Positions 1 through 15,077 of a stretch of 64,000 nt of DNA are shown one piece after another (position 1 is the first letter of the stretch; each line of letters opens with the position of its first letter). The notes under the pieces are model-generated. The model did no database searches. It had not been told where the DNA came from and saw only the letters and a program-made list of their open reading frames with translations. A program made the translations under genes and the position numbers. The DNA comes from the human T2T-CHM13v2.0 reference genome, Homo sapiens. The stretch lies in NCBI RefSeq assembly GCF_009914755.1, contig NC_060947.1; one strand, 5' to 3'.

Positions 1-1585
1 TCTCTTTGGTGTACAAAATGGAATTCATTCTGGTCTCTCTATTACCACTGAAGATAGAAGAAAAAAGAATGTCAGAAAAACAATAAGAGCGTTTGCCCAA
101 ATCTGCCTATTGCAGCTGGGAGAAGGGGGTCAAAGCAAGGATCTTTCACCCACAGAAAGAGAGCACTGACCCCGATGGCGATGGACTACTGAAGCCCTAA
201 CTCAGCCAACCTTACTTACAGCATAAGGGAGCGTAGAATCTGTGTAGACGAAGGGGGCATCTGGCCTTACACCTCGTTAGGGAAGAGAAACAGGGTGTTG
301 TCAGCATCTTCTCACTCCCTTCTCCTTGATAACAGCTACCATGACAACCCTGTGGTTTCCAAGGAGCTGAGAATAGAAGGAAACTAGCTTACATGAGAAC
401 AGACTGGCCTGAGGAGCAGCAGTTGCTGGTGGCTAATGGTGTAACCTGAGATGGCCCTCTGGTAGACACAGGATAGATAACTCTTTGGATAGCATGTCTT
501 TTTTTCTGTTAATTAGTTGTGTACTCTGGCCTCTGTCATATCTTCACAATGGTGCTCATTTCATGGGGTATTATCCATTCAGTCATCGTAGGTGATTTGA
601 AGGTCTTGATTTGTTTTAGAATGATGCACATTTCATGTATTCCAGTTTGTTTATTACTTATTTGGGGTTGCATCAGAAATGTCTGGAGAATAATTCTTTG
701 ATTATGACTGTTTTTTAAACTAGGAAAATTGGACATTAAGCATCACAAATGATATTAAAAATTGGCTAGTTGAATCTATTGGGATTTTCTACAAGTATTC
801 TGCCTTTGCAGAAACAGATTTGGTGAATTTGAATCTCAATTTGAGTAATCTGATCGTTCTTTCTAGCTAATGGAAAATGATTTTACTTAGCAATGTTATC
901 TTGGTGTGTTAAGAGTTAGGTTTAACATAAAGGTTATTTTCTCCTGATATAGATCACATAACAGAATGCACCAGTCATCAGCTATTCAGTTGGTAAGCTT
1001 CCAGGAAAAAGGACAGGCAGAAAGAGTTTGAGACCTGAATAGCTCCCAGATTTCAGTCTTTTCCTGTTTTTGTTAACTTTGGGTTAAAAAAAAAAAAAGT
1101 CTGATTGGTTTTAATTGAAGGAAAGATTTGTACTACAGTTCTTTTGTTGTAAAGAGTTGTGTTGTTCTTTTCCCCCAAAGTGGTTTCAGCAATATTTAAG
1201 GAGATGTAAGAGCTTTACAAAAAGACACTTGATACTTGTTTTCAAACCAGTATACAAGATAAGCTTCCAGGCTGCATAGAAGGAGGAGAGGGAAAATGTT
1301 TTGTAAGAAACCAATCAAGATAAAGGACAGTGAAGTAATCCGTACCTTGTGTTTTGTTTTGATTTAATAACATAACAAATAACCAACCCTTCCCTGAAAA
1401 CCTCACATGCATACATACACATATATACACACACAAAGAGAGTTAATCAACTGAAAGTGTTTCCTTCATTTCTGATATAGAATTGCAATTTTAACACACA
1501 TAAAGGATAAACTTTTAGAAACTTATCTTACAAAGTGTATTTTATAAAATTAAAGAAAATAAAATTAAGAATGTTCTCAATCAAA
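1..1585 (+). other. PLP1: 3' UTR (last exon) of PLP1, myelin proteolipid protein; CDS lies upstream of the window
   Basis: Repeat-free unique sequence recognised from memory as the distal PLP1 mRNA 3' UTR. It ends shortly after ATTAAA (1549-1554) and AATAAA (1558-1563). Its position ~30 kb from, and convergent with, RAB9B matches the known Xq22.2 gene order. Confidence 0.85.
1549..1563 (+). terminator. PLP1: PLP1 distal polyadenylation signals (ATTAAA + AATAAA)
   Basis: Hexamers seen directly; GT/T-rich sequence (cgtgtcctttgagtgaattgtt) follows the presumed cleavage site near 1585. Confidence 0.75.
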
Positions 1586-1646
1586 CATCGTGTCCTTTGA
1601 GTGAATTGTTCTATTTGACTTCACAATAGAAACTTAATAATCGTAC

Positions 1647-1704
1647 CTTGTTCAAGGAGATCATTCATTTTTCAGCTCATCCAAGTCATTCTCATAACAT
1701 TTCT
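1647..1704 (-). ncRNA. Candidate 58-nt minus-strand exon of a non-coding transcript antisense to PLP1 (possibly a RAB9B-promoter isoform)
   Basis: Minus strand: acceptor ctatttatttcAG| before 1704 and donor AAG|GTACGA after 1647. I recall non-coding RAB9B transcripts annotated across PLP1 (not verified). Confidence 0.5.
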
Positions 1705-3514
1705 CTGAAATAAATAGTATATGAATAGATTACTTCTACTTTTATAGTTGAAGACACTAAGAAATAGAAGCAAAGTAATTTGCCCAAAGAAATCCAGTAA
1801 GTACATGTCTGAGCTTGTGTTAAAACGCAGATATTGAAACCAATTTATTGCCTACTTAAAGGTTTCTTTTCTCTTCGAAGTTGGGTTTCAGAATGTTCAG
1901 AGTCAACTATGGTTACTTTTTCAATACCTTAGTGGTGCCCCAGTCCCCGGTGCATTTAGATTTAAGTTATTGTTACCTTCTCTTTAAATTGTTTGGATAT
2001 TCCAGTAATGATCCCTTAGTAATTCATACGTGACTAATATTTAGTTTTATTTGGATAGTACTGGATGGAAGGTTTAGTACTTAAAGGACAGAGCAGGTAT
2101 GGAAAGGGCAACGTAAATGTAAACAGGCTGTGGCAGGGCAGTACTAAAATAAATTAGTGACACCTACCACCCTGGATGGCCAGCCTACTAGCCCACCGGG
2201 GACATAGCATTAAAGCCCTTTCACAACCCTAGGTTAGAATTTGGCACCCTTGGACAGCACTCTGATGACCAGCTTAAAGAAAGCTGTCTTAAAATCATTT
2301 CATTGCCCCATAGTTGCAGCTGGCAAATGACTGGAGAGAAAGGAATCTTTAGCTGGAGGGATGACAAGTCAGTCATCAGTTAAGGAGCTCCATTCAAAAG
2401 CAGTTTCAATTTAATTTCCTGATTTCTGCTTAACCACAATTAATATTCTGCAAGCGAGTCTGGTTGAACGACTTTAAGACATAAAGAATAAAAATATGAC
2501 AGGGACTTATTTTAAGACACTGCAAACAAGGACACAGCACCATATTTTGGAGAATTGATTCAGGGTTCTACAGAGTGATTGTATTTTTGCCTCAGAGGAA
2601 CCGAAAGCCAGTTCCCAAGAAAGCTATGTTTTCCATCTGCCCTTATTTGGCTCTGCCCTCTGGGATGAATCTATAGATGGAGTTTCTAGGCTCTCAGAAG
2701 CTGAGAGCATCTCCAGTCTATCAATTGAACCCATTGTTCTTAGCTCTCCCACACACCATAAACCTCCTTTTTTCTAACTGAAAGAGCTCTCTTTGTGCTG
2801 AGATCAGCCGAAGATCAAGATGCAGCAGTATAAACAAGAAACATTTTCTTACAGCACCAGTTGTATTGCTTTTCCTATCTTCAGGGTCAGTACTGAGTGC
2901 AGTTATGCAGGACGTGGAAGCTGCAGCTTTGTCCAGAGCAACATTTGTTCATTCCTTAATTCGTTCTGTGAACATTCATTGAGAAACTACTAAGTATTGT
3001 GTTAAACCCCAGGAAGTTCAAGTTTGGGGGCAGTGTGGGTAGAAAGGTGATCAAGACCAGATCTTACACTCAAGGATCTCTCTCAGATTCAGCCATAGCA
3101 GACAGGTCTTCCACGGTAAACTGGAGTGGAGGCAAGGAGTGTGCAAAAGGCAGTCTGATCGGCTGACTCCAGTGGGCATCTGAATTCTCCCCTCAGTATG
3201 TGGGAGGGGTGGGTGTTAAGGGCCTTGACTTCACGTGGCTCTGGGTTTTTAGGGCATGGATACAAACAAAACTTCAATTTAGAGTCCTGACAACTTGTGA
3301 CTTGCTCTTTCTGTGTCACCCTGCTTCTTGCCTTACATGTGACAGCATTTATGCACACACTGGCTCAATGCATGTGCGTGCTTCCACCCACTCAATCATT
3401 TGGGGAGTCAGAGGGCACATGAATCAAGATTGATATAAACACAAGCTATTCAGTCTGGCCTTTTGTCTCTATCCAGGCTAAGTCTGAGAAGCCAAGGAAG
3501 GGTAATGTAAGATA

Positions 3515-3570
3515 TAACATATCAAAACTGCACTTGTATCCCCTAAATTTATACAACAACAACAAAAAAG
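3515..3570 (+). mobile_element. Short L1 3'-end fragment (L1PB/late L1PA-like) with A-rich tail
   Basis: aaaactgcacttgtatcccctaaatttatac followed by (caa)n A-tail. Confidence 0.6.
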
Positions 3571-4670
3571 ATACCAAGTCCTTCTCTGTTTGGATTTCCT
3601 TAACTGTGAACACAGGTAGTGTGGCTATTTTGACATTAACAGTTAACTTCATGAATATTAAGTAACAAATAAAAGAAATACTCATTATTATATTTACGAA
3701 ATCAATACTTGGCCATTCCTACATCAATAAGCAGGTAAGGACTTCAAGTCAATATTTATATATTGGGAAAGATTTTCCTCGTTCACTCACTTGTTTGAAA
3801 GACGCAAACATACTCTTCATTATATTTGTTGTCCCACAAAGTTTGGTGTCTATGTGCTCCTGTTCTGAGACTCCTTGAATTGATTGACTTTATTCTAAAG
3901 GAAAATATCAGATAAGGTAATGAGTGTTTTACTGATTATGGATCAGTCCAAAGAAATCCAGTCTTAACATTTTACTCAAACTCTCAAAAAATATTTATTT
4001 GATAAATTATCTGTGCCAAGTATTATGCAAAGTGTTTGTGGTATAGCAGTTAATAAAAGAGATACAGTCTCAGCCCTCATGGAGCTCAACTAAAGACAGA
4101 AAGGGGTAGGCAGGGAGACAGGGAGCATGGTGAAGAATGAGGCTAACATCCTTCCACAGAAACAGTGGAAAAGATAGAATCAGGGAGAAACTTGCACAGT
4201 CCCATGAGAAACAAAGAGTCATGTTAAAAAAAAAAAAGATATAGACATGTAAGTCTGTATTTAGATAAATGCAATGGTATTTAAGATTGAAAAACATTAA
4301 ATAGGCTTGGACTGTTTTGCCCCCCAATGTGGAAAGTCACCCAGCTCTAGGTTCCAAAGGAACTAGCTTCATGGATCTTCTATATATTATGTGAAACCCT
4401 ATCTTTCAAGCATCAAAGGGGCAAAATACAAAGCTGATTCTGAGGGTTACAATATTAAAACCAAACAAGCCAACTGATATCTGAAAGTGTATAGATGGTT
4501 TTAATTCTAGTTGATGATGAATTCACATGTAGACCAACTTTAAAAAACAACAGGGAAATGTGGCTCTTGCAATCAAAGCTTCCTTCCATGTCCCCAACAT
4601 GTACCAGATAGAAATTTGGTGAAATCTCATTTGACTTAAAATATTAAATCAGCCCACATTATCCAAAAAA

Positions 4671-4771
4671 AAGTGAAGAGAAACATAAAAATTATCCTAT
4701 ATGCAGATGATATTATCACAAGTGAACAGAAACACACAAATTATCCTATACGCAGATGATATTATCACAAG
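4671..4771 (+). repeat. 49-bp tandem duplication
   Basis: aagtgaagagaaacataaaaattatcctatatgcagatgatattatcac / aagtgaacagaaacacacaaattatcctatacgcagatgatattatcac. Confidence 0.9.
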
Positions 4772-5159
4772 CTCAGAGTGGTCTTAGCAAACAAATGGCT
4801 CAGCTAATTACTGCTAGGAAGAAAGTATACATATCAGCTTTCCTAAAAAAAAAATTTGTCATTTTCAGTAGATGTTCCTACCTTCCTGTTGGTGAATAGT
4901 GTGAATAATTCCATAAAGCAGGTACCTCAGGATATATTCTGCAGCTGGCTTATCTGAAAGGACAAAAGTAAATTACATTTCTCAAAGCCAGGTAATATAT
5001 GGGTGCTTATGGAATTTCTGCACATGTGTTGTTGTTTGTTTGTCTTTAATAGCTTAGCGGGTTACAACTACTTTAAAATATTTCCAGGTTAAAAAATTTT
5101 AAGTCATGCTTTATGCCCTATTTGTCTTGGTGTTAAAGAAGATTCAAAATAATTGTCTG

Positions 5160-5456
5160 GGCAGGGCATGGTGGCTCATGCCTGTAATCCCAGCACTTTG
5201 GGAGGCCAAAGAGGGCATATCACTTGAGCTTGAGGTCAGGAGTTCAAGACCAGTCTGGCCAACATTGCAAAACTAAAAATACAAAAATTAGCCAGGCGTG
5301 GTGGTTCAAGCCTATAATTCCAGCTACTCAGGAGGCTGAGGAACAAGAATGCTTGAGCCTGGGAGGCAGAGGTTGCAGTGTGCCGAGATTGTGCCACTGC
5401 ACTCCAGTCTGGGCAACAGAGGGAGACCCTGTCTCAGAAATAATAATAATAATAAT
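5160..5456 (+). mobile_element. Alu (old S/J type) with (AAT)n tail
   Basis: ggtggctcatgcctgtaatcccagcactttgggagg ... ctgtctcagaaataataat. Confidence 0.95.
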
Positions 5457-5787
5457 TGCCTGAAGATAAACTTGGCCCGGACTGTAAGCAGCCTTGCCTC
5501 CAACAATAATAGCTGCACTTTATCAAGCACTGTATCTGCAAAGTACTTTACACATCTCATTTTATCCTCACATCAGTCTTATGAGGCAGAAGCAACTATT
5601 ATCCTTCAGTTCCATGCTGGAGCATGTGGCCTTGTTGGTCACATCAGTTTACACATGAGCATGTTAATCCTATCCTAGCTCAGCTGACTGGCAAAGCTGC
5701 AGAGATTAGCTGAATCCCGGTATTTGTCAGGGAGCAGAACCACTATCATTGTAGCTCAGTATAGTGAACAAAAGTTCTCTGAAAAGG

Positions 5788-6346
<559 letters not shown>

Positions 6347-6937
6347 CAAGGAAAGAGACTTTATTCCAGAGAACAGTTTGGACACCAGAGACACACAGCC
6401 TTAGGTGTAAAATGAAGGTGTGCTCCAGAGAGCAAAGCTAGGGTTATACTTTTACAGCAAAAGTTTATGCAAATGAAGTATTCAAACTCACCTAGTTCTG
6501 ACTGGTTGATAGAACTGAGCCCTGATTGGTCAAGGCAACTGAGCCCTGATTGGTTGAGGCAGCTAAGCCATGATTGGTCAAGGCAGATGATCTCAGATTG
6601 GTTGGTTCAGGTGAGCTCTGGAAGTCCCAAAGTTGAACAGAGGTGTGGGTTTTGGAGGAACTTGAGACCTCTGACCTATAGTTGGCAGATGGCCACTTGG
6701 CTCTATTTAAAATTTAGGCCCAGTTAGCCACTCAGGATCCATTTTGGAGCACTGCCTATTTCAGGTTCACATTTGTTCATAGTACCTGCCAAAAACTCCA
6801 TTGAGAGAAGCAGTGGTTAAGGGGGGATAACCTGAAGGAAGTGTACTCCATTCATTCCCCAGTCATCTCCAAATATTTTTTATTGTGCAATACTATGAGT
6901 AAAACATGTTGGAGCCCACATCCCCCCGCCATGACCT

Positions 6938-7081
6938 TGCTGCTCTAAGTGTGGTCTTAGAACAAGGAGCATCAGGATCACCCGGGAGCTAGTTAGAAAT
7001 GCAGAATCTCAGCCTGATCTACACCCACTGAATCAGAAACTGCACTTTAACAAGATCCCAGGACGATTTGTATACATATTA

Positions 7082-7100
<19 letters not shown>
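6938..7100 (+). mobile_element. MER5A (hAT-Charlie MITE)
   Basis: gcatcaggatcacccgggagctagttagaaatgcagaatctcag...gaatcagaaactgcactttaacaagatccc...aaatttgag. Confidence 0.85.
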
Positions 7101-8560
<1,460 letters not shown>

Positions 8561-10519
8561 TTCAGGCCTCTACCATAACAGGTGGAGGGAATTACCCATT
8601 GGTTGAGAAAACATTTAAAATATACAACCAATTCAATAACGCTGTTTTAAAATTTTTTCTTACAGAAAATTTCAAACATACACAAAAGTAAAGAGAGTCC
8701 CTAAATGCAAAGAGCCTCATGCAACCATTACTCAGCTTCAGTAATGATCAATATTGAGTAACATTTTAAAATGAGTTTGTATTCTATTGATGTCCACACA
8801 GATGAAGACATATCATTCATTCATTTTACTGACAATCCTTGGTGTTCAGATGGATGCGGGGCGGGGGACTCCTTGCAGCAACACCTGCATTTTCTACTCT
8901 ACCCCCAAGAGGACAGAGGACAAAGCTTGGGGATTGCTCTACTTTAGAGTCTAAAACATCTTCCTGATTTATGCCAGACCAATAGGTAGCAACATAATAC
9001 TTGAATTGCTTCACAGTGGCCATCTTGGAATTATTTTTACTAAATTGCTCTGTTTTGTGATGTCAGTGACCTGTATTAAGGACCATTTTTTAAAAGCCGT
9101 CCTATGCAACAGTGGCTATGTTTACTATGGTCATGTTTTTGTGGGTGTCATTCATTATACTATATTTATCCAGAAGGCTACAGGGGACATATTTCTCTAC
9201 AGTCTAGTATCAAAACTAGTTGTGCTTTATTTGAGTGTTGAAGTAAGAGCAGACTGTTATTATGATTCCTGATGTGTTTTGGATTTCTTTTGGTGGGGGT
9301 GGGGGGCAGAACACATTCATTGCTTTAGTAATTTAATCTTGCTGAGTTGTTGAAACCAAGTGAAGTTTCCAAAACCACCTCTTACTTTGTTGGGTTCTTT
9401 TTCTTTCTCTTTCCCCTCTCTTTTCTGTGGAAGTGTGAAAGGTGGTCAGAATTGAAAGAAGAAAGAAAACAGTTCTAGGTCTCTTCTTCCCTCACCCTCA
9501 TTTCAAACTCTAGAATTCAGAAAACCGTAAAACACTGGACTTAGATGTGGTTTTGTCAGTAAGTTAATAGATGGATTCAAGTATGGTGAATTAACATCTT
9601 CTCTCAATCAGATCTGTATACTCCAGCCCTAATAAGAACTCTAAGCTCTTTACTCATTTTAATGTATCTGCGTGAGAGACCTTGTCTGGCAAAAACTTGG
9701 AGAAATAGGTATAAATTTGACTTGAAATGGCTCCATGTCAAAAGCTTTTACCTTCACAGGTAAGAAAGGCTTTTGATATCGTTCACTATCTTTTTTCCCC
9801 ACAGTAAAAGCCTAGGGTAGCTCATTTCCAGGGCTGTTTTCAACATGCTGGGACAACTCCAATTGTTTCAAAGAGTATTAGGAAAATGATACAAATAAGA
9901 CTTTAATGCAGTTCAATTTTAAATGCATATACCATACACCTTTAGGAAAAAAGAATGAGATAAACTAAAATAAAAGAAGTGATAGTTTTCAATTCTAAAG
10001 TATTTGGGGATTATTGCTTTAAAACAGGGTTACCAACAAGCATAGATCCATTGTAAGCTCTGCCTCATTCTCTCCCCTTCTGTCTTCCTGGGCTTACAGT
10101 GGAGTATGATGATGTCTCCAGGACTAGGTTTCCTGTTACCGTGGACACTCATGACCCCTCCTCCACAGTGTTCCAGCACCCCATTCTCCTAGTCTGAGTA
10201 CCCACCTTGTTTACCATTTATAGTAGGGTTGTCCCCACTTCAGATCACTTTACACTTATTGCTCCAATCCCCTCCTAGGAGTGTGGCTCCTAGGCTCCTA
10301 TCATTTGGTCCCACCACTTTCCCAGGTATACTGTTCCTGCCAAGTGGTGACAGGCCTCCTAAAGACCACGGCCTGATGTTCTCTAGGTTTGTTTGTCATT
10401 GGGCCTAGCATCTGCACTCTGTCCACCTTACTGAGTGTGAATAAATTATTGTTTCACCAGAAGATCCTGAGATCCTGGAACTGACAACCTGGGAATCTAA
10501 CAATGGCAAACAATATGAC

Positions 10520-10750
10520 TTTGATTATGTACCAGCATTGTTGTTTGTACTTTGCAGATATTAACTCATAAAAGCCTCATAACAGTCCAGAGATGAGCAC
10601 TATTATTATCATCATTCTAATTTTAAAGATGAAGCAACTGAGGCACAGATAGGTTAACTGCGTTACCCAAAGTTACAGGCTGGTAAGTGGTAGAACTATG
10701 TTTTAAACTTAGGTAGTCACATTCCAGAGTCTCTTTACTTAACCACTGCT
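10520..10750 (-). mobile_element. MIR
   Basis: ttttaaagatgaagcaactgaggcacagataggttaactg...cccaaagttacag MIR core. Confidence 0.8.
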
Positions 10751-11158
10751 CTATGGTTCTCCCAGCACAGGGATACATCCTATCACAGGGGAGGAAGTCT
10801 TTAAAATGAAAGAAAACATTTTATATAACAAACTTTCCTGTTTGTTGTCCTGGGAGAGGGGCATGTCAAGGACAAAATGAGATTAATGAGAACAGAACAC
10901 TGAGGGCCAGAACAGGCTAATCAGAACTTGGAACACCTAGTCTCTACCATGAGGGGAGTCAATGCCACTGTGCAACTTATGTAACCACTAAATACAGAAC
11001 AAATTTTATCAAGAAATTAACAGTTAAAAAGTACATAATACATAAACACCAGTGGATAACTTACGAAGATACCAGCATGTTTAAGGACAATATTAAATGG
11101 ATCGAAGTGGGTGCCTGAGGTGAGAGAGGAAAATAGGGGTAGGGATGATAGAAGAAGA

Positions 11159-11159
11159 A

Positions 11160-11190
<31 letters not shown>

Positions 11191-11244
11191 CAGAGAGAGA
11201 GAGAGAGAAAAAAAGGGAGAGAGACAGAGAGAGAGAGAGAGAGA
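11159..11244 (+). repeat. (GA)n imperfect microsatellite / polypurine tract
   Basis: Seen directly. Confidence 0.95.
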
Positions 11245-12532
11245 GGCGGGGGTGAAGATAGAGAGAGAGGGACCTTGCCTGAAATGATAATGAAAATATA
11301 CTAAGAACTCAGAAATACGATCAACTCAATTCTCAGCCACCTGAGGTTCAAATTAAACAAACAAATGATTGACCTGGAATGGCATCCTTTGCTCTTGAGG
11401 GCACTGATAATTTTTCTAGTTGGATACATAGAGTTTCTGATACATATTAAGGGTAAGCAGGACTACAGTTTAGGAAGTGGCTACATAGGAATGAACCTTG
11501 ATGTAGCCTTTGCTTTACTGGGAAATGACTAGGTTATTCTTTGCCTCTGCTTTTCTTTGCAGTTACATGTGAAAATAAACTCATATCACCAGCTATCAGT
11601 GTATGATAGGTTACTTTTTTACAACTTTATGGTTATATAATTCATATACAATTGACCCATTTAAAGTGTGCAATACAATGAGTTTTATTAATAGTATGCT
11701 CACAGAGTTGTGCAACTATGACCACAACCAATCTTAGAACATTTTCATCACCCCCAAATGAAGATCCATACCCACTAGCAATGTTTCCCTATTCTTTCAC
11801 CCTCACACCCCCAACACTAGGCAATCACTAATCCACCTTCTGTCTCTGTGGATTTGTCTGTTCTGGGCAGTTCATATAAATAGCATCATATACTATGTGG
11901 TCTTTTGTGACTGGCTTACTTCCTTTAACATAATATTTTTGAGGTTCATTCATGTTGTAGCATGTATCAGTACTTTGTTCCATTTTATTGTCAAATAATA
12001 TATATTTCAATTGCTGAATAATATATATTCGATTGCATGGGTATGACACATTTTGTTTATCTATTCTTCAGTTAATGAGCATTTGGGGTTTATCTGTTTC
12101 TTTGCTGTTATAATAGTGCTGCAACAAACATTCCTGTACAAGTTTTTGTGTGAACATATGTTTTCAATTCTAATGGATTTATGCCTAGGAGTAGAATTGC
12201 TGAGACATATGATAATTTTATGTTTAACTTTTTGAGGAACTGTCAGACTGTTTTCCATAGTGGCTGCAACATTCTACATTTCCAATAACAATGTATGAAG
12301 GTTGTAATTTCTCCACATCCTTGTCAACACTTGTTATTATCTGGCTTTTTAATTATAGCCATCCTACTGGGTATGAAGTGAAATCTCATTATGGTTTTGT
12401 TTTGCATTTCCCTGATGACTAATGATGTTAAACATCTTTTCATGTACTTATGGTCCATTTGTATATCTTTAGAGAAATGTCTATGAGATATTTTGCCAAT
12501 TTTAAAATTATTTGTCTATTATTGTGTTATGA

Positions 12533-12846
<314 letters not shown>

Positions 12847-14913
12847 TACTTTACATATTTTAGCTACCAGTTCCTTGTCAGATACATGATTTTCAAATAT
12901 TTTCTCCCATTCTTTGTGTTGTCTTAACTTTCTTGATGGTGGCTTTGAAGCAAAAAAGTATTTAACTTAGATGAAGTCAAATTTATCTATTTTTTCTTTT
13001 GTCGCTCTTGTTTTTGCTATCATATCTAAGAAATCATTGCCTAATCTAAGGTCACACAGATTTTTACCTATATGTTTTCTTCTAAGAGTTTTATAGTTTT
13101 AACACTTACCTTTACATCTATAATTCATTTTGAGTTAATTTTTGTTTATACTGTGAGGCAGGAGTCCAATTTCATTGTTTTCCATGTGGATATTCAGGCA
13201 TCCCAGCACATTTGTTGAAAAGATTATTCTTTCCCCCATTAAATTATCCTGGCAGTCTTTTTGAAAATAGATTCATCATAAATGTAAGGGTTTATTTCTT
13301 GGTTCTCAATTCTATCCCATTGACCTATGTGTCTATTATTATGTCATTATTACACTGTCTTGATTACTGTAGTTTTGTAGTAAGTTTTGAAATCAACAAA
13401 TGTGAGTTCTCCAACTTTATTCTTTTCCGAGTTTGTATTAGCTATTCTGAGCTCTTTGCACTTCCATATCAATTTCAACATCAATTTCAGCATCAGCTTG
13501 TCAGTTTTTGCAAACAAAACAAGACAAAACAAAACAGCTTGGATTTTGCCAGGGATTATATTGATTCTATAGATCAATTTGGGGAATATTGCCACCTTAA
13601 CAATATTGAGCCTTTCAATTCATGAAAACAGAACACCTTTCCGTTTATTTAGGTCTTGTTTAACTTATTTCAATGAAGTTTTGTCATTTTCTGTGTACAA
13701 CTCTTGCACTTTTTTGTCAATTTTTTTCTAAGTATTTTTGATGCTATTATAAATGAAATTATATTTTTAATTTTCTTTTTGGATTGCTTATTGCTAGTGT
13801 ATAGAAATATGACTGATTTTTGTGTGTTGATCTTGTGTCCCGCTGAACTCATTTATTAGCTCTAATAGATTTTTGGGGCTTCTTTACAATTTTTTAATAT
13901 ATAAAATCACATCATCTGTGAATAGAGATTATCTTACATCTTCCTTTCCACTTTGGAGGCCTCTTGTATATTGCTTCTGCCTAATTGACCTGGTTAGAAC
14001 TTCCATTACAATGTTAAATAAAAGTGGAAAGAGTGAACATCTTGTCTTTTTCTTGATCATAGAAGGAAAGCTTGCAGTCTTTCCCCATTAAGTAGAATGT
14101 TAACTGCAGATTTTTCATAAGTGCCCTTTATGAGGTTAAGGAAATTCCCTGTATTCCTAGTCTGTTGAGTGTTTTCTTTTATCAAGAAAGGGTGTTCAAT
14201 TTTGTCATCTATTAAGATGATGATACATTTTTTACCCTTATTCTAATAATATGGTGTATTCTATTGACTGGCTTTCATATGTGAACCAGGTTTGCATTTC
14301 TGGGATAAGTCCTAGTTGGTCATGGTGTATGATCCTTTTTATATGTTGCCTGACTCAGTTTTCTACTACTTTATTGAGGATGTTTGCATCTATATTTGTG
14401 AAGGTTGTTGGTCTGTATTTTTCTTTTCTCGTTTTCTCTTTTACCTGGCTTTGGTATCAGGAGAGTAATGGTCTCATAGAATGAGTTGGGAAATGTTCCC
14501 TCTATTTTTGGAAGAATTTGTGAAGAACTGGTGTAAAAGCCTGGTGGAATTCACCAGTTAAGCTGTCTGGTCCTGGACTTTGTGGGAGGTTTTTCTCATT
14601 ATTAATTTAATCTCTAAAATTTTCTGTTTCTTCTTCAGTCAGGCTTGGCAGTGTGTGCCTTTCTAGAAATGTGTTTATTTCATTTAAATTATTTAATTTG
14701 TTTACTAGGTTTTTTTAAAAATAATTTTCTTTATAATTAAAAAAATTCTTTAAGGTGATACTTTATTTCTGATTTTTGTAAGTCAACTCTTGTCTCTTTT
14801 CTTGGTAGGTCTAGCTAAATTTTGTTGATCTTTTCAAAGAACCAACTTTTGATTTTGTTGATTTTCTCTATTGCTTTTCTATTCTCTATTTCATTTGTTT
14901 ACCTCTAATCTTT

Positions 14914-15077
14914 TTGTTTGATTGCTTTTGAGAAACAGGGTCTCACTCTGTCACCCAGGCTAGAGTACAATGGTGCAATCAGAGCTCACTGAAACCTTGA
15001 ACTTCTGGACTCAAGTGATTTTTTCACCTTAGCCTCCCAAGTAGCTGGGATTACAAGTGTGACTCACTGCACCCAGC
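14914..15077 (-). mobile_element. Alu monomer (FLAM-like or internally deleted AluJ) with TSD CTCTAATCTTT
   Basis: gagaaacagggtctcactctgtcacccaggct...cactgcacccag; TSD at 14903-14913 and 15077-15087. Confidence 0.85.

Noticed and set aside
6498-6605. 24-bp repeat, and other short duplications, as a CRISPR-like array
   Set aside because: Mammalian DNA, no unique spacers and no cas genes; these are LTR-internal or slippage repeats.
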